The notes under the pieces were generated by a model. It saw nothing but the letters and a program-made list of their open reading frames with translations. It was not told the DNA's origin and ran no database searches. The translations under genes were made by a program, and so were the position numbers. DNA of 64,000 nucleotides from an uncultured Methanosarcinales archaeon (GTDB taxonomy: Archaea > Halobacteriota > Methanosarcinia > Methanotrichales > Methanotrichaceae), in the NCBI GenBank assembly GCA_963843555.1, contig CAWJKV010000003.1, positions 128,001-192,000 of the forward strand. Reading direction: 5' to 3'. Positions 1-10,813 of this stretch are shown piece after piece (position 1 is the first letter of the stretch; the number at the start of each line of letters is the position of its first letter).

Positions 1-57
1 GCAAGTATCGAGCCCTTCCTTGATGACCCATCATCCCTACGCAAGGCATCGCTAGAG

Positions 58-429
58 ATGGCTATCAGCGACGAGGGTGTTGATCTGATCTTCTTGGATG
101 GACAACCTTTGATGATGATCGTGGAAGGAGAGCCTTTCTTCACTGTGCTGGGGGCCATTGAACTCATGCCCTGCAAGAGGCGGGTTGTAGTAGATGCGGG
201 TGCGGTGCGGTTTGTAGTGAACGGGGCTGACATCATGAAGCCGGGAATAGTCTCTGCCGATCCGGAAATAGCTGCCGGAGACCTGGTTGTAATTGTGGAG
301 GAGAGGTACCAAAAGCCCCTGGCTATAGGCCGGGCTCTGGTCGCCGGGACGGAGATGAAGGGCGAGGGAAAAGCGGTAAAGTCACTGCACCACGTCGGAG
401 ATCAGATCTGGAAAGGGCTGGAGGATTGA
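58..429 (+). CDS. PUA-domain RNA-binding protein (probably starts upstream of the window)
   Basis: VVVDAGAVRFVVNGADIMKPGIV...GKAVKSLHHVGD is a PUA-domain signature. Confidence 0.85.
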   Translation: MAISDEGVDLIFLDGQPLMMIVEGEPFFTVLGAIELMPCKRRVVVDAGAVRFVVNGADIMKPGIVSADPEIAAGDLVVIVEERYQKPLAIGRALVAGTEMKGEGKAVKSLHHVGDQIWKGLED

Positions 430-430
430 G

Positions 431-1336
431 ATGGAGGAGATAGGTGAAATGATTGGCAAGGGATTTGGGATCTGGAGACAAAACCTCAACCTCTGTATTC
501 CATTCCTGCTCAACTTCTTTGTGTCTATACTGGTCGCCATTCCCTTCCTCGTTGCCATCTTCATGGCAGCTATGCCCCTGGCAAGCATAGATTCAACTTC
601 GATTCAGAATGTGCAGGATCCGCAGGATATGCAGATTCTGTTTTCTCAGATGGAAGAGGCTCTAGGCAGCCTGGGATGGCAAGAGATCCTACCGATAGGG
701 TTTCTTCTCCTGGGCATGATCGTTATACTTTCAATAGTCGGAGCATTTTTCGCAGCAGGAGCCATCGGCATGGCCAGGCAGGCTCTGCTGGAGGGCAGAG
801 CGGACACAGGTGCCATGTGGTCCGCGGGAAGGAAGCACTTTTTGAATATGTTCCTCTCCAACCTCTTGGTGGGGTTGATGACGATGGCAGGTCTTGTCTT
901 CCTCCTGCCAGGCATTTTGAGTCTACCCTGGCCAGTGCAGGCGGAGCCGGCTGCTATGGGCATGCTCATACTTGGATTCGTCATATTCGTCCTCTATGCC
1001 CTGATCCTGTCCCTGGTGCTGGCCGCGGCACCCTATGCCCTGGTGTTGGAAGGGCTGGGCCCAGTCCGGGCCATCCGGGCCGGAATAGAATTCTTCAGAA
1101 ACAATAAGTTTGATGTCCTGATCCTCTGGTTGGTGGTGGCAGCTCTATCCATTGCTCTGCAGATGATCGGCGGCTCCTTATCAACGGGAGATACCTTCAA
1201 TAACCCGGCCCTGCCATTGGTCACTGGGTTGGTTAACCTCTTGATCCTGGTTCCCCTCTCCAATCTGTGGTGGACAAGGCTTTATATGAATCGAAAGGGC
1301 ATGCTTAAGAACGATGAGGTGAAGGATCCTTGGTAA
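431..1336 (+). CDS. Multi-pass membrane protein, unknown function
   Basis: 301 aa with about 6 hydrophobic segments; directly follows the PUA gene. Confidence 0.75.
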   Translation: MEEIGEMIGKGFGIWRQNLNLCIPFLLNFFVSILVAIPFLVAIFMAAMPLASIDSTSIQNVQDPQDMQILFSQMEEALGSLGWQEILPIGFLLLGMIVILSIVGAFFAAGAIGMARQALLEGRADTGAMWSAGRKHFLNMFLSNLLVGLMTMAGLVFLLPGILSLPWPVQAEPAAMGMLILGFVIFVLYALILSLVLAAAPYALVLEGLGPVRAIRAGIEFFRNNKFDVLILWLVVAALSIALQMIGGSLSTGDTFNNPALPLVTGLVNLLILVPLSNLWWTRLYMNRKGMLKNDEVKDPW

Positions 1337-1614
1337 ACTTTGAAAAATTGAATTATGCAGATCTATTGATTCGCTTCCGGCAGATGAAGCCTTTGCATCA
1401 GGCAGCGGTCGCAGGTCTGTTCTTTCTTGTGGTATACGTACCCTATGCATACTTTTTGCTGCAATTAAACCTGGTGGAATCGATCAGCATGGCTGTCATC
1501 TCCGCGATCTTATTCATGGTGGTGTACTATTTCACGTCGCACATTATCATGAGAAAGAATAAGCAGTTGGCAAATCAATCACAGGGGCCTAAGAAGGGAT
1601 TGAGGAACAAGTGA
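1330..1614 (+). CDS. Small membrane protein
   Basis: Two hydrophobic helices and a basic tail; overlaps the upstream stop. Confidence 0.65.
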   Translation: MVNFEKLNYADLLIRFRQMKPLHQAAVAGLFFLVVYVPYAYFLLQLNLVESISMAVISAILFMVVYYFTSHIIMRKNKQLANQSQGPKKGLRNK

Positions 1615-1635
1615 ATCATCTTCGAAGGGTTAGAG

Positions 1636-2118
1636 ATGGAACTGAAAGTTATAAAAATGAATATTCCCGAAGGATCAAATCTGATTTTAGGGCAGAGCCA
1701 CTTCATCAAGACCGTTGAAGATCTCTATGAAGTCATGGCGGGCACAGCATTGGCGGCAAAATTTGGCATCGCATTCTCTGAGGCCAGCGGTGACTGCCTG
1801 GTGCGCGCCGAGGGGAACGACGGGGAGCTCATCGAAACCGCCAAGAACAACTCGCTCGCCCTCTCCTGCGGCCATACCTTCGTGGTGCTGATGAAAGGTG
1901 CTTTTCCCATTAATGTTCTAAACGCTATCAAAGGAATCCAGGAGGTCTGCAGCATATTCTGTGCCACTGCCAATCCTTGCCAGGTAATAGTGGCCGAGAC
2001 GGAGTTGGGCAGGGGCATTATGGGCGTCATCGACGGCTCTGTGCCCAGGGGCGTCGAGGGCGCAGGTGATGTGGAGGAGAGGCATCTTCTCTTGAGGAGG
2101 TTTGGATATAAACTTTGA
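1636..2118 (+). CDS. Adenosine-specific kinase family protein (DUF355)
   Basis: NLILGQSHFIKTVEDLYE, FSEASG, CATANP motifs. Confidence 0.88.
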   Translation: MELKVIKMNIPEGSNLILGQSHFIKTVEDLYEVMAGTALAAKFGIAFSEASGDCLVRAEGNDGELIETAKNNSLALSCGHTFVVLMKGAFPINVLNAIKGIQEVCSIFCATANPCQVIVAETELGRGIMGVIDGSVPRGVEGAGDVEERHLLLRRFGYKL

Positions 2119-3403
2119 TCTGGCGATAACAAACGGCCGGGTTTATACGGCAAAAGGCCAGCAAAGCATCGACATCTGGATCAAAGACGGAAGGGTGGCT
2201 GCCCTGGGAGGACCGCACCGGGCGGCAGAAGAAATGAATGTGCACGGGATGCTGGTGCTGCCGGGATTCATCGATTCTCATGTGCATTTCCGTGATCCCG
2301 GACTGAATTATAAAGAGGACTGGGCGAGCGGCTCTATTGCTGCTGCCGCAGGCGGCATCACCACAGTGGTGGACCAGCCCAACACCGATCCACGAACACT
2401 GGATGCCCGATCCTTTGAGCTGAAGCTGGACCTGGCAAAAAATCGCTCTGTGGTGGACTTTTGCATCAATGGGGCGCCGGGCCGAATTGAAGAGCTGAAG
2501 AGGGCCGGGGCCCTGGCATTGGGTGAGATCTTCAGCTATGAGCACAGCGACCAGGAGCTGCAGCAAATCCTTTCTGAGGCAGAGCGATTGGGGATGCTGG
2601 CCACGGTCCATGCCGAGGACGGATTGATCGTAAGAGAGAGGACCGAGCCTCTTTTGGGCCGGCACGATTCCCTGGTCTACTCACAGGCGCGGCCCGCGGA
2701 GGCGGAGCTGGCGGCCATAGAAAAGGTCCTGGCCTGGTCGAAACGTTTGCATATCTGCCATCTCAGCACATCCGTGGGACTGAACCGGATAGTGCAGGCG
2801 AAAGAGAACGGAAAAGGTACAGATAGAAAGGTGAGCTGTGAGGTCACACCACATCATCTCTTCTTCAATATCAAGGACTACCGGGAACAGGGCTCCTATC
2901 TCAAGATGAACCCACCGCTGCGCGGCCAATTGGATAACGATGCCCTCTGGGAGGGCCTGCGGAACGGTTCCATCGATATTCTGGCCTCGGATCACGCGCC
3001 TCACCTCCCTGAAGAGAAGAGGGAGGACATCTGGGAGGCGCCCGCGGGCGTTCCCGGTGTGGAGACCATGCTGCCTTTGATGCTTTTTGCCGTGAAGAGA
3101 AATCTGCTGCGCCTGGAGAGGCTGGTGGACGCCCTGGCGGCAGGGCCGGCCCGGGTCTTTGGCCTCTCCCGCAAGGGTGCTATAGAGATCGGAAAGGACG
3201 CCGATCTGGTGATTGTGGATCCCAGGGCGATCACCAGAATAAATGCCGACCGGCTGCACAGCCGTGCAGACTGGACTCCTTATGAGGGTAAAGATGCCAT
3301 CTTTCCCAGGATGACACTGGTCAGAGGCCATGTCGTCTATGATGGTGATCTGGAAGTTAGACCAGGCTTCGGACGCTTCCAGGGAATGCAAAAGGTTTTA
3401 TGA
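2102..3403 (+). CDS. pyrC: Dihydroorotase
   Basis: PGFIDSHVHFRDPG, CEVTPHHL, KMNPPLR, ASDHAPH motifs. Confidence 0.9.
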   Translation: MDINFDLAITNGRVYTAKGQQSIDIWIKDGRVAALGGPHRAAEEMNVHGMLVLPGFIDSHVHFRDPGLNYKEDWASGSIAAAAGGITTVVDQPNTDPRTLDARSFELKLDLAKNRSVVDFCINGAPGRIEELKRAGALALGEIFSYEHSDQELQQILSEAERLGMLATVHAEDGLIVRERTEPLLGRHDSLVYSQARPAEAELAAIEKVLAWSKRLHICHLSTSVGLNRIVQAKENGKGTDRKVSCEVTPHHLFFNIKDYREQGSYLKMNPPLRGQLDNDALWEGLRNGSIDILASDHAPHLPEEKREDIWEAPAGVPGVETMLPLMLFAVKRNLLRLERLVDALAAGPARVFGLSRKGAIEIGKDADLVIVDPRAITRINADRLHSRADWTPYEGKDAIFPRMTLVRGHVVYDGDLEVRPGFGRFQGMQKVL

Positions 3404-3424
3404 GAACAGGGCCCTATTTCCAGT

Positions 3425-3883
3425 ATGAAATCCGATTCTTCAGGTAGCAGTGATCTGGAACGCGTCATCGGCAGGGCGGCCGTTGAGGCAGCCAGAATGT
3501 CCAGCCAGGCCAGCCAGGCAGCGAAGAAGATCCTGGGAGATGTAACGAGCGAATTTGGCGAGACCAAAGGCGTTGACCTTGCCGCCATTGACCTCTTGGA
3601 GACCGATGATGAGTTGATCGCCCTGGTGGCCTTGCCGGGTGCCAGCAAAGAGATAATCGACCTGAGAGTGACAGAGGACAGCCTTTACGTCGATGCCAAG
3701 GCCAACCCACGAGAAGGAAGATACCTGCGCCGGGAAATCAATACTATGGGGATGAAACGGGAGCTCAAGCTACCTGTTGAGGTCAAGCCGGAGCAGGTGC
3801 GAGCCAGCTTCAAAGACGGCATTCTTGAGGTGGTCCTTCCCAAATTGGTAATAGTAAATGCCAAGAGAGTGCAGGTGGATTAG
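3425..3883 (+). CDS. Hsp20/alpha-crystallin small heat-shock protein
   Basis: LPVEVKPEQVRASFKDGILEVVLPK motif. Confidence 0.88.
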   Translation: MKSDSSGSSDLERVIGRAAVEAARMSSQASQAAKKILGDVTSEFGETKGVDLAAIDLLETDDELIALVALPGASKEIIDLRVTEDSLYVDAKANPREGRYLRREINTMGMKRELKLPVEVKPEQVRASFKDGILEVVLPKLVIVNAKRVQVD

Positions 3884-4022
3884 AGGCCAAGCCTCTAACT
3901 CCAATCTTACCATTTTTCCGCCCGAGCTAAGTTCAGCGTAAAAGCCTAAAAAGAAGCAGTCGACTGCGATTCACAATCCGCGGACCATCCAACGGACAGA
4001 GAAAAAAAGAAAAATTTCTTAA

Positions 4023-5255
4023 TCAATATGCACTATCCAGGCTCTCCGTCGTAATCACCCGGGTGGTGTAGTTTATCGCTGTCTCCTGTCGCGGCAAGAG
4101 TTGCATCTTCCACTTCAGGCTGGTGGCCGTGCTCTCGGCAGGCTCTGGCGAGATAGAGATCAGTACAGCCTCTTGAGGAATGGTATCCGTTACCTCTAAA
4201 GCTGCCTCTCGGTCCAGGTTGCTCTTGATCTCCAAGCTGTAGGTCCAGTCCTCGATGGTCTCTTTTACGGTGCGATTTCCTTCCGTCGAGCCTATCACCT
4301 TGATGTTCTCGGTTATGTTGTAGTCGAAGAGCTTGCTTTCCACCTTCAGATCGGCAGAGGGGCCCACCACTATAGAGGCATTGGTACCGGCTGGCGTGTA
4401 GGGCATCTCTATGGTGGAGACATACTCATCATCTCTGTAAAGCAGGGCATTTCCCGCCGGCCAGGGACCGATCAGAGTGTTGTTGACCCGGATCTCCTCT
4501 TCAGCCGGACCTTCCTGCTGATTGTAGGCATCCCAGGTGTAGACTCTCACCAGGGGCGCAATCTCCTGGAAGAGCGGCAGGCCGATTTGCTTGTCCATCA
4601 AAAGGTCTTTTCGTCCCTCCAGTTCGAAGATATAGAGAGTCTCCAGCTCTCCTGTGGAAGATGCAGGCTCAGCTGCCAAATCCATGGCTTCTGCCGCAGG
4701 GGCTGCCGCAAGGGCATATCTTTCCGACATCTGCGGCGCTGCGCTGGCAAGATAGGGCAGCACAATTGGAGTGAGGCCAGCTACCAGCTTGAGCCGCACA
4801 TCCTTCAAATCCTCCCCGCCGCGATTGCTGACCTTGGCCTCGGCCTTCACCAGCACGCGATCGTCAGTGAGGTGCAGGTCGTACCTGGGCTCCCAGGTGG
4901 CGGCATTGTACATGAGGTAGCTCAAGGAAAAGTCTTGAGATCCCGCGGAGGAGACGTTCAGGTTATAGACGGGATTCGCGTCGTAGACCACCCCTTCCAC
5001 AGTTGCGTTGCTCACATTCAAGAGCAATGAGCCTGTGTCGGCACCTTCCGGAACATTGACCACGAACTTGTGGCTTCCTTCAGTCACGTCAAGGCTTCCC
5101 ATTCGTTTCACTGCCATCAGGCCCTCCGGATAGATGGTGACAGAGTCCACGGGCAGGGTGATGGCTGTTGTGGCCTCGACCCCGCTCTCCTCAAGGGAGA
5201 GGGCAAGGGATGGGGCGCATAACAACAGCACCAGAAAAGCTGCTAAGTATTTCAT
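4023..5255 (-). CDS. Secreted DUF4139-like protein
   Basis: Signal peptide; VTIY, LSY..ATWEPRYDL and NRGGEDLKDVRLKLVAG patterns. Confidence 0.75.
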   Translation of the reverse strand: MKYLAAFLVLLLCAPSLALSLEESGVEATTAITLPVDSVTIYPEGLMAVKRMGSLDVTEGSHKFVVNVPEGADTGSLLLNVSNATVEGVVYDANPVYNLNVSSAGSQDFSLSYLMYNAATWEPRYDLHLTDDRVLVKAEAKVSNRGGEDLKDVRLKLVAGLTPIVLPYLASAAPQMSERYALAAAPAAEAMDLAAEPASSTGELETLYIFELEGRKDLLMDKQIGLPLFQEIAPLVRVYTWDAYNQQEGPAEEEIRVNNTLIGPWPAGNALLYRDDEYVSTIEMPYTPAGTNASIVVGPSADLKVESKLFDYNITENIKVIGSTEGNRTVKETIEDWTYSLEIKSNLDREAALEVTDTIPQEAVLISISPEPAESTATSLKWKMQLLPRQETAINYTTRVITTESLDSAY

Positions 5256-5430
5256 GTCGATTCCTTCTTCAAAGAGTAATTGGCAAAGATATTATACTTT
5301 GCTGAAAGGATGGACGAGTCTCTCTGGAGTGCATTGGCATGCCTAATGAAATTTCAGAGATGCAATCTCGCAATGCTTATATCGCCCCATCTGATTGATG
5401 GATAAGGATGTTATTCATACTGGTGTTCCC

Positions 5431-7113
5431 ATGTTTCTCGATTTTATGAGCGAGGTTGAGTCGCGGCTTTACGCTGCCCTCGATCGCTGCGGTTTCAAGG
5501 TAGAGGAAGGAGTAAACAACCTGGGGCTGGATCTGTGCCCCCATGCCGACCTGGCCTCGTCTGTCGCCTTCCGGCTGGCCCCGGTCCTGAAGAAGAGCCC
5601 TGCGAATATAGCCAAAGAGATTCACCAGGCCATCTCCCCTGAGTACAAGTATGTGGAGCGGGTGGAGCTTGCCGGCCCTTATCTCAACTTCTTCATGAAT
5701 CAAAAGTTCCTGAACTACGTCCTGGACCAGGCACTGGCAGATAACGCCTGGACGGGGAGGATGACTGAAAAAGTAATTGTGGAGCACACCTCCGCCAACC
5801 CCGACGGGCCGCTGCATGTGGGCCACATCAGAAACTCTGTTATAGGCGACACTCTGGTCAGAATACTGCGCCGGGCAGGCTGCACTGTGGATGCACAGTA
5901 CTACGTTAACGATATGGGCCGCCAGGAGGCCATGGTGGTTGTAGGCTGCGATCACTTCCAGCTCGATGGCAGCAAGGCCGACCACGCCATCGCTAAGGTC
6001 TATATCGCCGCCAACAAAGAGATGGAGACGAACCCCGAGATCCGAACCGAGGCTGATCAGGTCATCCAGAGCTACGAGGCGGGCGACCCGGAGATAACGG
6101 CCAAGATCCAGAGCGCTGTCCGGTATGCAATAGGCGGCATAGAAGAGACCTTACACCGCATGAACATCCGCCATGACAGCTACCACTGGGAGTCGGAGTT
6201 CGTGCGCAATGGAAGTGTGGCTGAGATCGTAGGGCTCCTGGAGAAGACGGGCCTCACAGAGTGGGAGGACGGAGCTTACCAGCTCGACCTGAACCAATAT
6301 GGCTTTGAGAAGAAGATGGTTCTCAAGAGGGCCAACGGAACATCACTCTACATAACGCGCGACCTGGCCTACCACCGCTGGAAGTCGGCCAACTCCGACC
6401 GTTCTGTGGACATCCTGGGAGCGGACCACAAGCTCGTCTCTGGACAGCTGCGTACAGCTTTGCGCCTTTTAAGTGTTCGCGAGCCGGAGGTGGTCATCTT
6501 CGAGTTCGTCTCTCTTCCCACAGGTTCCATGAGCACGCGCAAGGGCAAGTTCATCTCTGCGGACGAGCTCATCGATGAGGTGGAGAAGCAGGCCTTCGAG
6601 GAGGTAAAAGCGCGCCGGCCTCTGGAGAATGAGGACTTTCTTCGAGAGGTGGCTCGCCAGGTGGCCCAGGGAGCGGTGCGTTACGATGTGGTCAAGGTCT
6701 CTGCAGACAAGGCTACCACCTTCGACTGGAAGCAGGCGCTGGACTTCGAAAAACTCTCGGCACCCTTCATTCAGTACTCACATGCCCGCGCCTGCAGCAT
6801 CCTTCGCAAAGGGGATCAAGAGCATCAGTTCCAGGCCGATCTGCTCACCGGCGAGAATGAGGTCGCTCTTATCAAGAAGATCGCCGAGTTCGATCTGATC
6901 ATCGATAGAGCCGCCCGGGAGCTGAAGCCCCATCATCTGGCAACCTACGCCCGCGAGCTCGCGGAGAGCTTCAACCTCTTCTACCGCTACAGCCCGGTGC
7001 TGGATGCGGCTCCAAATCTCCGGGAGGCAAGAATGGCGCTGGCAAGAGCGGCCAGAAATGCACTGCGCACGACTCTGGAGACCCTGGGCATATCTGCTCT
7101 GGAGACGATGTGA
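5431..7113 (+). CDS. argS: Arginine--tRNA ligase
   Basis: EHTSANPDGPLHVGHIRN (HIGH-like) and MSTRKG motifs; start placed at ATG 5431. Confidence 0.95.
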   Translation: MFLDFMSEVESRLYAALDRCGFKVEEGVNNLGLDLCPHADLASSVAFRLAPVLKKSPANIAKEIHQAISPEYKYVERVELAGPYLNFFMNQKFLNYVLDQALADNAWTGRMTEKVIVEHTSANPDGPLHVGHIRNSVIGDTLVRILRRAGCTVDAQYYVNDMGRQEAMVVVGCDHFQLDGSKADHAIAKVYIAANKEMETNPEIRTEADQVIQSYEAGDPEITAKIQSAVRYAIGGIEETLHRMNIRHDSYHWESEFVRNGSVAEIVGLLEKTGLTEWEDGAYQLDLNQYGFEKKMVLKRANGTSLYITRDLAYHRWKSANSDRSVDILGADHKLVSGQLRTALRLLSVREPEVVIFEFVSLPTGSMSTRKGKFISADELIDEVEKQAFEEVKARRPLENEDFLREVARQVAQGAVRYDVVKVSADKATTFDWKQALDFEKLSAPFIQYSHARACSILRKGDQEHQFQADLLTGENEVALIKKIAEFDLIIDRAARELKPHHLATYARELAESFNLFYRYSPVLDAAPNLREARMALARAARNALRTTLETLGISALETM

Positions 7114-7160
7114 GGAATTCCAGTAGCGTATCGGATTGCCAGAAAAGGAGCGGCCTTCTC

Positions 7161-8006
7161 ATGAAAGTTTTCCGCTGCAACATCCTGGCTTTGATGGCGG
7201 CTTTGATCATGCTGCAGGCATTATTTCTGCCGGCAATATCGGCTCAGGCCTCTATGGCAGCAAATCAGAGCTGGTCTGAGGAGCCCTGGAAGAGCACCGC
7301 AGAAGAGGGCGACGGCCAGAATGTGACAACAATCTCTCCGCCTCTCTCCTTCAACCTGAGTGGCAATGAGCCCTCGACTTTGCGTCTCGGATCTATGCAG
7401 ATAAATTTCTCCGACTATGTCGCCAGCCCATTATTCAGCGAGCTGTGGGTCCGAACAGACAGGCAATGGAGCCAGTATGAGCAAATCCATAAGGGTAACG
7501 ATGTGGATCTCATCCTTTACACTCCCCGAGATGGAAATGCGGATATCTATCTCGTATCCTATGCCAAGAGCGCCATAAACCACTGGAGCTTCAAACTTCT
7601 GGCTGGCCACTATCTGCTCAGGCTTACGCCGGAGGATTCGGGCAGGCTCTTCCTGATAATGGCCCTTGACAACCAGCCAAGCAACGCCCTGATACTGGAT
7701 GCAGTGGAACCACCCCAAGAGACTTCGACCTCGCCTTTGGATGTGGCGAGTATACCGGTCGGAAGAGCCAAAGTTACCATAAGATCGGAGAGAATCAAAG
7801 GCTACGATGTCTACTTGGACGGTGTATTTTACAGCAGCGATATCAGTGACGGGGCCCTGGACGGCATAACCGGCTTCACCATAGTAGCAGATACGACTCA
7901 CACCATTACGGTATCTCAGAGGGACAAACTGGGAAACGTCTTCAATAAGAATGAGCACACGAAGAGCTTCAAAAGAGATACCGCCTATACCCTGTCGATA
8001 GATTGA
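7161..8006 (+). CDS. Secreted hypothetical protein
   Basis: N-terminal signal peptide; C-terminal YDVYLDG beta-rich domain. Confidence 0.65.
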   Translation: MKVFRCNILALMAALIMLQALFLPAISAQASMAANQSWSEEPWKSTAEEGDGQNVTTISPPLSFNLSGNEPSTLRLGSMQINFSDYVASPLFSELWVRTDRQWSQYEQIHKGNDVDLILYTPRDGNADIYLVSYAKSAINHWSFKLLAGHYLLRLTPEDSGRLFLIMALDNQPSNALILDAVEPPQETSTSPLDVASIPVGRAKVTIRSERIKGYDVYLDGVFYSSDISDGALDGITGFTIVADTTHTITVSQRDKLGNVFNKNEHTKSFKRDTAYTLSID

Positions 8007-8155
8007 TGAGCCTCTTTATCGAGCAAACAAATCCGTCTACTTTTTTATTGCGGCAAGGGTTTTTTTGTGCATGGTTTTTTGCGCATGAACAATCTTATAA
8101 TGGAAATTTTTGGCTGCTGTCATAACAAAAAAAAATCAGGTGTTGTAGCCTGTAT

Positions 8156-8644
8156 TCAGACCTGCACTCCTTTGCCATTGGACCTACCCTTGCTCTCCAT
8201 CATGAAGGCAAAGTCGGCCTTGGTATTGGTCTTCTTGCCATCAGGGAGACGGCCATAAGTAAAATCGGTGTGCGAGTCGTCGCTCTGCTGGGATGTCTTG
8301 TCAACCTCATTTCCGGAGCTGTCATAGAGATAGACGGTTCCGTTGCCTGTCGTGACCCAGGCGGGCTGGCCGTCAGCGGCTATGAATCCCTTGGGATCGA
8401 TGATGCCTTGCAGTGGAATGGAACCCACCCAGGCTTCATCTAGGATCTTAATCGTCCAGCCGGTCAGATCCACTCCAAGGTCTCCGCTATTGTAAAGTTC
8501 TACCCAGACAGTGCCATCGTCGGGCGCACTGAGTTCCACCTCATTAATTACCACATCACAAAGGCCCAGACCAGTGGTGGCCACGAGGCAGCAAAGAGCT
8601 ATGAACGCTTTGAAACCATTTCCCAATTTCGAAATCATTTCCAT
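8156..8644 (-). CDS. Lamin-tail-domain secreted protein
   Basis: VVINEVE...WVELYNSG..VDLTGWTI...YGRLPDG. Confidence 0.85.
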   Translation of the reverse strand: MEMISKLGNGFKAFIALCCLVATTGLGLCDVVINEVELSAPDDGTVWVELYNSGDLGVDLTGWTIKILDEAWVGSIPLQGIIDPKGFIAADGQPAWVTTGNGTVYLYDSSGNEVDKTSQQSDDSHTDFTYGRLPDGKKTNTKADFAFMMESKGRSNGKGVQV

Positions 8645-8721
8645 GCACTTCTCCTCTTATATTTCTATAATTATCATTCCATCAAATTTAATACCGCCAA
8701 TCTCAACCCTTTTCTCAACTC

Positions 8722-9183
8722 TTAGCGTACATTGGAGGTTCCTTTGGTGCCAGAGCTGAGACCCCAGTCGCCATCTGTGTTTGTATCGTGACCATCGGGG
8801 TGCCTGCCATAGGTAAAGTCATTGTTTATGCTGTCCTGTCGGTTGGCCGTCTCGTCCATTTCCTCTCCGGATGCGCTGTAGAGAGTGGCATATCCGCCGT
8901 CATTATGATTCCAGGAAGACTGGCCATCGAAGACATAAAACCCCCTGGCCGGCAGGATCGTTCCCGCGGGAACGGCGGGGAGCTTGCCCACCCAGCTTCC
9001 GTCAGTGATTTCTGCCGTCCATCCACTGATATCCACACTCCCGTTCCCCGGATTGAAAATCTCAATCCAGTCAGCCCCGTTTTCGGGGGGATTCAGTTCC
9101 ATCTCGTTTATGACAACCGATGCCGCAGAGCTTACGGATAAAACCAGCAAAGCTGCTGCAAGATAAACCGCCTTTGATTTCAC
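8722..9183 (-). CDS. Lamin-tail-domain secreted protein (paralog of the adjacent gene)
   Basis: VVINEME...WIEIFNPG..VDISGWT...YGRHPDG. Confidence 0.85.
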   Translation of the reverse strand: MKSKAVYLAAALLVLSVSSAASVVINEMELNPPENGADWIEIFNPGNGSVDISGWTAEITDGSWVGKLPAVPAGTILPARGFYVFDGQSSWNHNDGGYATLYSASGEEMDETANRQDSINNDFTYGRHPDGHDTNTDGDWGLSSGTKGTSNVR

Positions 9184-9422
9184 TGCTGTTTTCCTCCAAT
9201 CATGCCCTTATCCTTATTGCACAATATCAAGAATTCGGATTTCAGGTATATTATCATATCGCAGGTTATCGATCGCAACCCTTGCCGCCTGAAGAAAATG
9301 GCTAAATACGGTAGTTGAGCTGCAAATCGAATCCGGAAAACGCTATATAGTTAGAGAGTCATAAAGGCGATCAAATGATCTGAAAAGATCGAAAGGAGAT
9401 ATAAACCAAAACTAGCAATGAG

Positions 9423-10253
9423 GTGGATTGGATGAAATTTGCGATTCTACCATGCAGGGCGCCCTTTGGCTTGATGCTGTTTTTCTGCTGCATCGCGCTT
9501 GGTCTTCTGACCGGGAATCCGGCTGCAGCCCAAGATAATTACACCAGCATAAAAGCGCCCCTTGACGACGGAATGAATAATTATGCAGAGCTCGCTACTA
9601 TCTTGTCTTCGAAGGTTAATGCGGAAGCGTACGGTTTGGATGTCTTGAACTATACTGGGGGAAGGGATGTAAAGGCATCTATTCTCTTGAATGGGAGTAT
9701 GGTCAGCATCTATGTATTCTATCCTTGCCAACCTCCCCAAAGGCTGCTCGAGCCAGAGGAACTGAAATCCCTGCTCGCCACTGCTGATCCGACTATAATG
9801 CAGGCGAACTATAGCGACACATTGCTTGGCATCGGCGGTAGACCTGCCGTCTGGGGTGAGATGGGTACACAGATATTTGCCGCATATCAGCCCACCAACC
9901 AGACTGCTGCGTTGGTAGTGATGGACAGGAGCTTGCCTGAAGAGACTATGGCGGATTTCCTGGCAAATATGAGTGTAACTCTGAATGAAGGGGTCACACC
10001 CCTCACGCCAGGCTATTGCCCTGATACCACAGTCGTCTCTGATGAGGCTTCTGCCATTTCCACTGAAGCAACTGAGGCTCCTGTGGAGGAGACTGCCGTG
10101 GAAAATCCTGCCCTAAGCGAACCGCCGGCAGAGAAGCCTACTTTGGAGGAGACCGTAAAAGACAATGCTGCGGCCCGCAACGAGAAGATGGCAGCAGATA
10201 GGGCGGCAGCTATGGCAAAGCTCGAAGAAGCAAGAGCGAGGATGAAGAGCTGA
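9423..10253 (+). CDS. Secreted hypothetical protein with an acidic Ala/Glu/Pro-rich tail
   Basis: Signal peptide and low-complexity C-terminus. Confidence 0.65.
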   Translation: MDWMKFAILPCRAPFGLMLFFCCIALGLLTGNPAAAQDNYTSIKAPLDDGMNNYAELATILSSKVNAEAYGLDVLNYTGGRDVKASILLNGSMVSIYVFYPCQPPQRLLEPEELKSLLATADPTIMQANYSDTLLGIGGRPAVWGEMGTQIFAAYQPTNQTAALVVMDRSLPEETMADFLANMSVTLNEGVTPLTPGYCPDTTVVSDEASAISTEATEAPVEETAVENPALSEPPAEKPTLEETVKDNAAARNEKMAADRAAAMAKLEEARARMKS

Positions 10254-10293
10254 AAAGGGTCCCCAAGAGTTCATGTGCGTGTCTCTTAATCTG

Positions 10294-10341
10294 GCCGGTG
10301 GCCTGCAGTGTATTAAAGCCACTGGCTCATGATTTTTTTTT
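10294..10341 (+). terminator. Hairpin plus T-tract terminator
   Basis: GCCGGTGGC...GCCACTGGC stem followed by a T9 run, downstream of 9423-10253. Confidence 0.5.
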
Positions 10342-10519
10342 GCCCTGATGTATCGAAAATTGAGGTGCATTTTTTCATGATTGGCTAACAGCATTCGATC
10401 GGATTGAGAACCTGCACTAGAACTCGGGACTACAGGGACTAGGGACACCAAAACCTTTTAACCAGGATCTTCATAGTAGATAGGATATCTGTGCTCAAAC
10501 ATTAACAGGAGGTGTATTG

Positions 10520-10813
10520 ATGCCATACGAGAGCATAAGCGAGCTGCCCAAGAGCGTCCGAAATCTGCCCAGCCGCGCCAAGGCCCTTTACATGAAGGCT
10601 TTTAATAGCTGCTGGGAGGACCAAGAGAATATTGATGAAGCAGCGCGCGAGAAGGCATCTCACGAATCTGCCTGGTCGGCCGTGAAAGAGCAATATGAGA
10701 AAGACGACGAGACGGGTGAGTGGGTAAAGAGCGAAGAGATCGTGGGAAAACGCTCGCGCCACCGCAAGAGCAGGTCCAGTGGGGCCTCCTCGCAGGCTAA
10801 GGCACACGCATGA
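10520..10813 (+). CDS. ChaB family protein
   Basis: MPYESISELPKSVRNLP..A..LYMKAFNS...AWSAVKEQYEK; GGAGGTG SD upstream. Confidence 0.88.
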   Translation: MPYESISELPKSVRNLPSRAKALYMKAFNSCWEDQENIDEAAREKASHESAWSAVKEQYEKDDETGEWVKSEEIVGKRSRHRKSRSSGASSQAKAHA

